A stretch of 8,771 nt of DNA from Tubiluchus corallicola (Eukaryota; Animalia; Priapulida): contig JAQGDQ010002208.1 of the NCBI GenBank assembly GCA_030141605.1, forward strand, positions 1 through 8,771. The letters are read 5' to 3'. Below are positions 1 through 8,512 of the stretch, piece after piece (the first letter of the stretch is position 1; each line of letters starts with the position of its first letter). Below the pieces are notes generated by a model, which worked only from the letters and a program-made list of their open reading frames with translations, did not search any database and was not told where the DNA came from. The translations under genes were made by a program, and so were the position numbers.

Positions 1-13
1 CATGAGTAAACAT

Positions 14-631
14 AAAAAACTCCAATTTACATTTCAAGAACAAGTCAAATCATTTCATCAAACTATTTACAATGGAGAAAAAAGTAAAAAACTCCAATTT
101 ACATTTCAAGAACAAGTCAAATCATTTCATCAAACTATTTACAATGGAGAAAAAAGTAAAAAAACTCCAATTTACATTTCAAGAACAAGTCAAATCATTT
201 CATCAAACTATTTACAATGGAGAAAAAAGTAAAAAAACTCCAATTTACATTTCAAGAACAAGTCAAATCATTTCATCAAACTATTTACAATGGAGAAAAA
301 AGTAAAAAAACTCCAATTTACATTTCAAGAACAAGTCAAATCATTTCATCAAACTATTTACAATGGAGAAAAAAGTAAAAAACTCCAATTTACATTTCAA
401 GAACAAGTCAAATCATTTCATCAAACTATTTACAATGGAGAAAAAAGTAAAAAAACTCCAATTTACATTTCAAGAACAAGTCAAATCATTTCATCAAACT
501 ATTTACAATGGAGAAAAAAGTAAAAAAACTCCAATTTACATTTCAAGAACAAGTCAAATCATTTCATCAAACCATTTATTTACAATGGAGAAAAAAGTCA
601 AAAAACTCCAATTTGTATCATTTCATCAAAC
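14..631. repeat. Minisatellite A, 72-73 bp unit, 8 full copies plus a deleted 9th
   Basis: Unit CTCCAATTTACATTTCAAGAACAAGTCAAATCATTTCATCAAACTATTTACAATGGAGAAAAAAGT(A)6-7 starts at 20, 92, 165, 238, 311, 383, 456, 529 and 606. Copies are essentially identical apart from poly-A length and a 4-bp insertion in copy 8. Confidence 0.98.
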
Positions 632-896
632 AATATTCAAAAAACTTCTGTATTTACACATTTACATAATTCTGTAGTTATAGCAGTGGTTATACTAAGA
701 GTTAAGCTGCTATATTATGTACTTATGAAGGCTCGGTAACTGGACCCATGGAGGACTCCGTATTTTTGTTATGATTACTATTATGTTCATTAAAATATAT
801 GTAGAAAAAACGTTCAAAACGTTCCAAATATGTTCAACTGAACATTTTTTGATGTTCAAAAATGCTCATTCTGACATTGCGAACAAGTTCAAGATT

Positions 897-1115
897 CAAC
901 TTCTCCTGTTATGAGCAAAAATATTCATTTTAATGTCAGCAAAAAGCTAACGCAGTTTCTCTTTGGAGGTTATGAGCAAAAATATTTATTTCAATGTTGG
1001 CAAGTTAAAAGCCAATGCAAGACAGCTTTGTACTGTGAGAATGTGCCAAGTCAAAAGCCAGTGCAAGGTGACCCAAACTTCTCTCGGGAGGTTTGGAGAA
1101 TTACATTTCAATTTG
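897..1115. repeat. Old degenerate tandem repeat, roughly 60 bp period
   Basis: TTATGAGCAAAAATATT at 909 and 970; CAAGTTAAAAGCCAATGCAAG at 1001 and CAAGTCAAAAGCCAGTGCAAG at 1047; TTCTCT..GGAGGTT at ~956 and ~1079. Confidence 0.55.
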
Positions 1116-1254
1116 AACGTTAATTGCTATTAGCAATTTAGAGCTTCAGCATCATCAGCGGATACATTACAGTTTCTCGGATTTTTTAATATAAAATATA
1201 AAAGTGCATTTAAAGTTGATATTCAACACAAATTTTCTGCAATGCATTGTATTC

Positions 1255-1850
1255 TAAAGTGCAATATATGCTTAAATATATTCTATTAATTGTCACATAT
1301 CCCATAAGCTGCAATATTCTATTAACTGCAATATATCGTAGCAACTGCAGTATATTCTATTAATGGTAACATACAGTATATGCTGCAATATTCTGTTAAC
1401 TGCAATATATCGTAGCAACTGCAGTATATTCTATTAATGGTAACACGTCCTATAAGCTGCAATATTCTGTTGCAATATTCTATTAACTGCAATATATCGT
1501 AGCAACTGCAGTATATTCTATTAATGGTAACATACACTATATGCTGCAATATTCTGTTAACTGCAATATATCGTAGCAACTGCAGTATATTCTATTAATG
1601 GTAACACGTCCTATAAGCTGCAATATTCTGTTAACTGCAATATATCGTAGCAACTGCAGTATATTCTATTATTGGTAACACGTCCTATAAGCTGCAATAT
1701 TCTGTTAACTGCAATATATCGTAGCAACTGCAGTATATTCTATTAATTGTAACACATCCTATAAGCTGTGATATTTCTAGAAACTGCAACCTTCAACAAA
1801 CAACAATATATCATACAAGCTGCACTATATTCTATTAATGTATATAGCTA
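1255..1850. repeat. Minisatellite B, 74 bp unit, about 6 conserved copies with decayed edges
   Basis: CTGCAATATATCGTAGCAACTGCAGTATATTCTATTAATGGTAACA recurs at 1326, 1400, 1487, 1561, 1635 and 1709. One interval is 87 bp because of a 13-bp internal duplication. The unit is built of CTGCA-ATAT subrepeats. Confidence 0.97.
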
Positions 1851-1915
1851 CAGTATGTTAAGTTACTTGCACTGTATCGTATACAAGTTGTGCAAAAAAA
1901 CTAACTATTTATAAG

Positions 1916-2013
1916 ACAGTGACCACGATGCTGATGATGCTGGATGTTTGCGAGGCGACAGTTACCGAGCCGATGAGGAGGAATTTTCTGAGGAGCAGGG
2001 GGAGGGGGATTGA
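1916..2013 (+). CDS. Candidate terminal coding exon (or relic) encoding an acidic tail, DHDADDAGCLRGDSYRADEEEFSEEQGEGD*
   Basis: GC/purine-rich island in an AT-rich background. Preceded by CTAAC (1901-1905) and AG (1914-1915). Frame 1921-2013 has 13 D/E in 30 codons and ends in TGA. No upstream exon identified. Confidence 0.3.
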
Positions 2014-2052
2014 AAACAATAATCATTAATAATAATTTCTATTTCTGGTGCT

Positions 2053-2320
2053 TTAATTAAGAAGCGTAATTGTTTAAAGTACGCTCAAAACATTTTAATG
2101 ATTTTAAGCACCAATGGTTCTATAATTAAGAAGCGTAATTGTTTAAAGTACGCTCAAAATATTTTAATGATTTTAAGCACCAATGGTCTTTAATTAAGAA
2201 GCGTAATTGTTTAAAGTACGCTCAAAACATTTTAATGATTTTAAGCACCAATGGTTCTATAATTAAGAAGCGTAATTGTTCAAAGTACGCTCAAAACATT
2301 TTAATGATTTGAAGCATCAA
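2053..2320. repeat. Minisatellite C, 68-69 bp unit, 4 copies
   Basis: TAATTAAGAAGCGTAATTGTTTAAAGTACGCTCAAAACATTTTAATGATTTTAAGCACCAATGG at 2054, 2123, 2191 and 2260. Confidence 0.97.
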
Positions 2321-2486
2321 AAGTGTTCATAATAGAATTGATCCCCCTCCCATGCCGATAGTGACCAGGCGGTGGGAAGCTAATTTTTAATAACATGGCG
2401 ACACATATTTCAGCCATATTTAATTGATTGTATATTCAAACGTTATCTATACATGGACAGCCATGGTTACAACATTAGGCAACATC

Positions 2487-2617
2487 TTTAATTTATGCAA
2501 GGTGGCAAACTTGATGCCTATAGTCAAAATAAACGCTTGACTATATACAAGATTTTAATTATGCAACGTGGCAAACTTGATGCGTATAGTCAAAATAACA
2601 GCTTGACTATATACAAG
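2487..2617. repeat. Tandem duplication D, 66 bp x2, each copy with a 9-bp inverted repeat
   Basis: ATGCAA(G/C)GTGGCAAACTTGATGC at 2495 and 2561. TATAGTCAA-N9-TTGACTATA at 2519-2545 and 2585-2611. Confidence 0.95.
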
Positions 2618-2714
2618 GTTGTGTGTCATAATAGCAATTATTTTCATAGAAGAAACATTCAGCCATTATTCCCCATATGCTGGAAAAGGATGAACAAATC
2701 TTTGTATGACAAAA

Positions 2715-3194
2715 TGATGGAAATTACCATTACTGGTTCATGAAAAAAATGTAGTGATAGATTCCATATTAAATGAGATTGTAGTAGAGCTTTTAAGATC
2801 ACATTACAGATTCATCGAGTAACATTATACATAGCTATGTTACAGTATAGTGATGGATGTTATAGAACAGTGATGGAAACTACCATCATCAACGTGCCAC
2901 ATAAAATGATGTAATAGTAACATGATGTGATAGTAACGAAAAAACTGCCATCAAGGCGTCAAATGAAGAGACATGATAACGTGATGCGACTCACTATTAA
3001 TGTCTTCATCGAGTAACATTATACATAGCCATGTCACAGTATAGTGATGGATGTTACAGTCATGTCACAGTATAGTGATGGATGTCATAGAACAGTGATG
3101 GAAAGTACCATCATCAACGTGTCACATAAAATGATGTGATAGTAACGAAAAAACAAAAATGATGTGATAGTAACGAAAAAACTGCCATCAAGGC
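2715..3194. repeat. Complex repeat E, ~194 bp offset duplication with nested sub-duplications
   Basis: TTCATCGAGTAACATTATACATAGC at 2811 and 3005, both blocks ending in AAAACTGCCATCAAGGC (2957, 3194). The second copy has internal duplications. A decayed TGATGGAAATTACCAT copy lies at ~2716. Confidence 0.9.
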
Positions 3195-3589
3195 AACAAA
3201 TGCCTTATAAGAGAGAAACTGAATATTTTAAAGAATTGTCTTGATGAAATTGAACATAATCACTCATTATTAATCAGTACTAAAGCAGTAAACAAGTAAA
3301 ACTGATAACAGTGGTGGCAGCTACTGCTAATATATCACATAAAGTGACATGACAATGACAAAGGTAAACGGTACCGAAACTAGAATATTTCAAAAATGCC
3401 AAGGCATCAGGGAAAAACTCCTGTCATGACAGATGGAGAAATGCACGTTATGAAAGATTGCATAGTTAAAACTGCTTGATAAAGTTGAACGTAACAGTCG
3501 GCATTGAAACTGTACCAACAATAACGGTACAGAAAACAGCCGCTATTTAAAGATTGCAATATTCAAAATATTTGAACGAGATTGCACGT

Positions 3590-4320
3590 TCAAAACTCCA
3601 TTAAAGATGAACGATTGTTGACAAAATTGAAAGTTATCGGCATTGAACTCGTGCCAAAAATTATAACACATACAAAACTCCATTAAATATTGAACGATTA
3701 AAATTGCCGTGGATAAAATTGGAAGTTATCGGTATTGAACTCGTACCAACAATTATAGAACATACAAAAACTCCAATAAAGATTGAACGATTGAAATTGC
3801 AGTGGATAAAATTGGAAGTTATCGGTATTGAACTCGTACCAACAATTATAGAACATACAAACACTACATTAAAGATTGAACGATTGAAATTGCCATGGGC
3901 AAAATTGGAAGTTATCGGTATTGAACTCGTACCAACAATTATAGCACATACAAACACTCCATTAAAGATTGAACGATTGAAATTGCCGTGGGCAAAATTG
4001 GAAGTTATCGGTATTGAACTCGTACTAACAATTATAGCACATACAAAACTCCATTAAAGATTGAACGATTGAAATTGCTGTGGATAAAATTAGAAGTTAT
4101 CGGTATTGAACTCGTACCAAAAATTATAGAACATACAAAAACTCCATTAAAGATTGAACGATTGAAATTGCAGTGGATAAAATTGGAAGTTATCGGTATT
4201 GAACTCGTACCAACAATTATAGAACATACAAACACTCCATTAAAGATTGAACGATTGAAATTGCAGTGGATAAAATTGAAAGTTATCGGCATTGAAAAAG
4301 TACCAAAAAATTATAACACA
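3590..4320. repeat. Minisatellite F, 93 bp unit, about 7 conserved copies with decayed flanks
   Basis: GAACGATT recurs at 3692, 3785, 3878, 3971, 4063, 4156 and 4249 (one 92-bp interval). Degenerate copies are visible back to ~3480 and forward to ~4390. Confidence 0.97.
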
Positions 4321-4514
4321 GAAAAAAGCTTCGTTAACGATTGTAGAATAAAAATTAAATTGATTAAATTGAAAATAATCAACACTGAAACCTGACAAGA
4401 AATTAACTTCAAATGGCTTTGCCAGATTTAGTCTGCTGCTTAAGAGACAGGAGTTTAAGATTAGGGATATTTTTGCATTCAACTGCAAGGTCATGTTGTT
4501 GTGGAGGGACTACA

Positions 4515-4825
4515 ACTAGACTCTTTATGAAAACTAATTATCTAAGCGTAGACATTGGACCAGGAAGGTGAACTGTGATTTTGATATGGTCACCCATTCA
4601 TTTACTATCGGGTCTCTAGCTTCGATTGCTAAACTAGGTCAGCCATGTTTTGGCTAATATGATTTTAGTAGCGACGACTTATCCGTGTGCTATCTAGTCT
4701 TTACTCTATAAAATTTCAATTCCTAAACAAAGTCAGCCATGTTTTAGCGTATGTGATTTTAGTAGTGGTCACTCATCTAACTACTTTCTAGCGTTAGCTC
4801 AGGTTAACTGCACTTCAATTGCCAA
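4515..4825. repeat. Old degenerate tandem repeat G, ~90-94 bp period
   Basis: TTC(G/A)ATT(G/C)CTAAAC..GTCAGCCATGTTTT..TGATTTTAGTAG at 4621 and 4715 (offset 94). Related TGTGATTTTGATATGGTCAC at ~4575 and TTCAATTGC at ~4815. Confidence 0.7.
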
Positions 4826-5130
4826 GATTACTAATTTCGCCCTAAAGCTAGTTCAACAAAAAGCAAACACCAGGCGGCACAACCAGTCAGCTAAAATACT
4901 TGCTAGTCACAGCCCAAAAAGCTTATAAATGAAATGCTTTACAAAAATAAAAATGGATTTTGCAAATATTAGACTAAAGTATTATTAAATAATTTGTGAA
5001 AGACCTGCAATTAACAAGGTTAGGCTGGGAGGTGAATCAGGTTTTGAATTATTAGTTAAGGTAATGGACCAAATATAGGAAGTTACTTTTGAACAGGGAT
5101 CTAAATGATCTGCATAAAAATTTGAAATCA

Positions 5131-5528
5131 CTGTACAGTTCTTTAGACTGCATAACTTTCTGTACAGTTCTTTAAACCCGCAGAACTTTCTGTACAGTAT
5201 TTTAAGCTGCATAACTTTTTGTACAGTTCTTTAAACCGCATAACTTTTTGTACAGTTCTTTAAACTGCATAACTTTCTGTACAGTTCTTTAAGCTGCATA
5301 GCTTTCTGTAGTTCTTTAAACCGCAGAACTTTTTGTACAGTTCTCTAAACTGCATAGCTTTCTGTACAGTTCTTTAAGCTGCATAGCTTTCTGTAGTTCT
5401 TTAAACCGCAGAACTTTTCGTACAGTTCTTTAAACCGCATAGCTTTCTGTACAGTTCTTTAAACCGCATAACTTTCTATACAGTTCTTTAAACCGCAGAA
5501 TTTTTTGTACAGTACTTTAAACTGTATA
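5131..5528. repeat. Minisatellite H, 29 bp unit, 14 copies
   Basis: Consensus CTGTACAGTTCTTTAAAC(T/C)GCATAACTTT. Cores at 5133, 5162, 5192, 5221, 5250, 5279, 5308, 5335, 5364, 5393, 5420, 5449, 5478 and 5507. Confidence 0.98.
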
Positions 5529-6140
5529 ATAATATATGCTTCCCTCAAGTACTCACAGTATGTTAGTGAAAAGAAACTGTCAGTCAGTTAATGCCTAGGC
5601 CTTGTCTGTCTTTACTGAAAGTTTGTTCTGTACAGTAGCGATATACACTGTACATGTACATGTACATACACGCGCGCTATGCATAGAAGTATAAATTTGC
5701 ATGTACAGAATGCATACCACTAAGGTTCTGTACCATATTAGTTCGTAAGTAGAATCAGAGGTTAATAGCTCAATGTCAGAACTCAGGGTACTTTTGGGAA
5801 GCACTTGAAGTTAAAATCGTGAATTGTGGTAACAAATTTCTGGTTAGAATTTTTTCAGTACAGCGTGGAGTTTAGCAAATTCTACGAAATATTTCTTTTA
5901 AAGATAACGGGAACACTTAAAAGGAAATGAAGGAACTTCAGGCGCTTGTCAAGGAAAGGAAAGATGGGCCGGGAGGAGACTGCAGGCTGTCCATCCCACT
6001 CCAACCTTGTTCCCTCCTTATTTTAATAACTATTAATATTGATTCAACCACTAAAAAATGTATTTATATACAATAGAAGTTTCACGAAAAATGTAGACTT
6101 TCCCTTTAACATATACTTTGTTGGGATAACTGTGTTCCCT

Positions 6141-6830
6141 TTCACACAGGGGATGGGCGGACATGGCTTTCTAAAGCATGACTGAATTTCATTACACAGA
6201 GGGGATGGGAGGACATGCCTTTCTAAAGCATGACTGAATTTCATTTCACAGAGGGGATGGGAGGACATGGCTTTCTAAAGCATGACTGAATTTCATTTCA
6301 CACAGGGGATGGGAGGACATGGCTTTCTAAAGCATGACTGAATTTCATTTCACAGAGGGGATGGGAGGACATGGCTTTCTAAAGCATGACTGAATTTCAT
6401 TTCACAGAGGGGATGGGAGGACATGGCTTTCTAAAGCATGACTGAATTTCATTTCACAGAGGGGATGGGAGGACATGGCTTTCTAAAGCATGACTGAATT
6501 TCATTACACAGAGCGGATGGGAGGACATGACTTTCTAAAGAATGACTGAATTTCATTACACAGAGGGGATGGGAGGACATGGCTTTCTAAAGTATAACTG
6601 AATTTCATTACACAGAGGGGATGGGAGGACATGGCTTTCTAAAGTATAACTGAATTTCATTACACAGAGGGGATGGGAGGACATGGCTTTCTTCTAAAAT
6701 CATGACTGACTTTCATGACACAGAGGGGATGGGAGGACATGGCTCTCTTCTAACAGCATGACTGAATTTCATTACACAGAGGGCATGGGGTTAGGGGTTT
6801 GTTTCCAAAGTATGAACAAGTTTCGTTTCA
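6141..6830. repeat. Minisatellite I, 52 bp unit, 12 copies plus a decayed 13th
   Basis: Unit CACAGAGGGGATGGGAGGACATGGCTTTCTAAAGCATGACTGAATTTCATT(A/T); period 52 (e.g. ACTGAATT at 6181 and 6233). Confidence 0.98.
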
Positions 6831-6974
6831 CTTATCTAGAACGTGGCTATCTCTCGTTTCCTGGGAGACGGCAAAACTAAAAAACCCTTAAATGATTTTC
6901 AAGAAAGTAGCTGTCTCTCATTCCACAGTAAGAATTCTAGAGCACGACTGTCTTTTAGTTTTTGTTAAAGTACT

Positions 6975-6992
6975 ACCTCTTCCGGAAGTGGT
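6975..6992 (+). promoter_or_regulatory. Candidate core promoter: TCT-type initiator overlapping a palindromic ETS site
   Basis: CCTCTTC (6976-6982) fits the YCTYTYY TCT motif. CTTCCGGAAG (6979-6988) is a perfect palindrome that includes the ETS consensus CCGGAAGT. It lies upstream of the exon chain. Confidence 0.4.
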
Positions 6993-7068
6993 TGTGGAGT
7001 TTAGACATAATTAAAATAATAGAGAATTTACTGTAAAAAAAACTTGTAACAAACCTTAGTTTATTGAT

Positions 7069-7164
7069 AAGCTAAAGATAACTGTATATTTGTACAAGGG
7101 TTTGACAGGATTAGGCCTACCTAAAAGTAGAAACAGTGAATGGATAAAAATGGATTCCCCTTTT
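7069..7164. repeat. Dispersed direct repeat, copy 1 (96 bp)
   Basis: Aligns without gaps to 8513-8608 with 6 mismatches by manual count; offset 1444 bp. Confidence 0.95.
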
Positions 7165-7288
7165 GTTCATCAAGCCTTCATATTCGTTATTACTGATTTT
7201 GACCCTGTATATTAACATTAGAGTTGCTATAAAATTATAAGAAAGTTAACGTTTATTGTATGTAATTAAAAGTTGTTATGTTTTTCAG

Positions 7289-8094
7289 ATAACGCTATTC
7301 TCAAGAGCGACATTAAATTGGTAAGTTTGACTATTTTCTTGTTGAATTTTTAAATTTTAAATTACCCTACTGTCCGTGTGTCTGTTCGTCCAGTGTACAC
7401 AATAGGGTTTTCTCTAGTATTTCTGTAACAAATGATCGGATGGTTATGAAACTCGTGCGATTCGAACTCTAGATCCTGTGCAGTTAGAATCTTGACATTG
7501 CTAAAATGGTTTTAGCTGACCGAGCCGTAAATAACACTTCATTTTTTGGTAATTTCAGATTGAACGATCACTATTTGCTTTTTTGATCATGCCTAAGCGG
7601 TAAGTAAAGAAATTTTGCTTTTTAGCCAGAAAACCTTTCCATTTATCTTTTTTATTTTCTGCATATGTACCATTGTCCAAACATACAGAAATATTTTTCT
7701 GCTGTTATTAGTCTCGTGTGGTGTAAGATTATTCTTTATTTATATAACTTTTTACAGGATCATCTTACAATCAATTTTTGAAACATTTTAAGTTAACAAG
7801 CCAGTCCCACGATAAGACCAGGTATCGGCAAAACCATTCTCAGAATATTTGGCAAACTTTTAAATAATTGAACGGTTTTAGTTGCAGTTAATTGGACATT
7901 TTCCTTTGACTGACTGTGCGATTAAAGTCGTTTTTGTGAGGTTCTAGATGATCGATTGCTGATCGCGAAAAGGGTAGCTGTTTTTACTTTTATAATTTTA
8001 AAATTTGATAAACTGGAAATGTTTCTTTGCAGAACTCAATTCAAATTTTACGAGATAGGATTTTGAGACCCACGGTGTCTGCAGAGCGCTTTAG
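7289..8094 (+). ncRNA. Candidate spliced, probably non-coding transcript; exons 7289-7320, 7559-7599, 7758-7821, 8033-8094, with a further possible acceptor at 8352
   Basis: Acceptors TTTTTCAG, AATTTCAG, TTTTTACAG and TTCTTTGCAG are each followed 32-64 nt later by donors TG|GTAAGT, CG|GTAAGT, AG|GTATCG and AG|GTATTT. The longest joined frame stops (TAA) in the third exon; the ATG-started ORF is only MPKRIILQSIFETF. Confidence 0.55.
7871..7932 (+). ncRNA. Intronic long hairpin, pre-miRNA-like candidate
   Basis: 7871-7886 AACGGTTTTAGTTGCA pairs with 7917-7932 TGCGATTAAAGTCGTT in 16 contiguous pairs (4 G-U). The stem extends towards an 8-nt loop with one bulge and one mismatch. Confidence 0.35.
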
Positions 8095-8512
8095 GTATTT
8101 CTGTTTAACTGCCTAGATACGTCACTAGGTTGTCATTTTACTGTTGACATGAAAACCGTTTCATGAAAATCGTGTTCTCTAAATTCTATAAAAGGTCCTC
8201 TATCATTGGCATATAATCCGTTGTTTCATACTTTATCACCATATTACATGGTCAGCAACGAGACCGAGGATTTGCTTCGAGACGAAACAGATCTGTTTAT
8301 AACTGTTTATAACCGTTCTCTTTTATGACTTTATTATTTCATGGTTGTACAGAAAAAAACTGCAAAACACTTCTAACCCTAATCCTAAACCATAAAAGCA
8401 GATAGAATAGCAATGATTATAATAATATTTAACGTTACAATAATTTATATAACATGTACACTTTTATACACATATTACTGTTTGAATGAAAATTTACTGT
8501 ACATGAATCTCA

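Noticed and set aside
2-677. Four overlapping + strand ORFs
   Set aside because: They are translations of the 72-73 bp repeat; the unit is mostly not a multiple of 3, so the frames cycle.
911-1123. 70-aa ORF with several Cys
   Set aside because: Overlaps a degenerate repeat whose copies fall in different frames; no recognisable domain.
1322-1579. Cys-rich minus-strand ORF
   Set aside because: Translation of the 74-bp array; no true ATG start and no domain.
2495-2743. 82-aa ORF with a 22-aa duplication
   Set aside because: Explained by the 66-bp duplication; no homology recognised.
5648-5677. TGTACATGTACATGTACA palindromic run
   Set aside because: A short ACATGT microsatellite, common in invertebrate genomes and self-complementary by nature.
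4985-6268. Short minus-strand ORFs at 4985-5212, 5595-5804 and 6044-6268
   Set aside because: Short, partly within repeats or low-complexity sequence, and without recognisable motifs.
14-6830. CRISPR or other repeat-spacer guide array
   Set aside because: All arrays are head-to-tail copies with no unique spacers, and no cas-like or other effector ORF is visible.
7090-7110. TGTACAAGGG as a C/D guide against 18S rRNA CCCUUUGUACA
   Set aside because: The match needs a gap, and no canonical C box or CTGA D box flanks it.
8373-8391. Telomere-like CTAACCCTAATCCTAAACC (and GGGTTAGGG near 6788)
   Set aside because: Three or fewer degenerate units; too short to call a telomeric tract.
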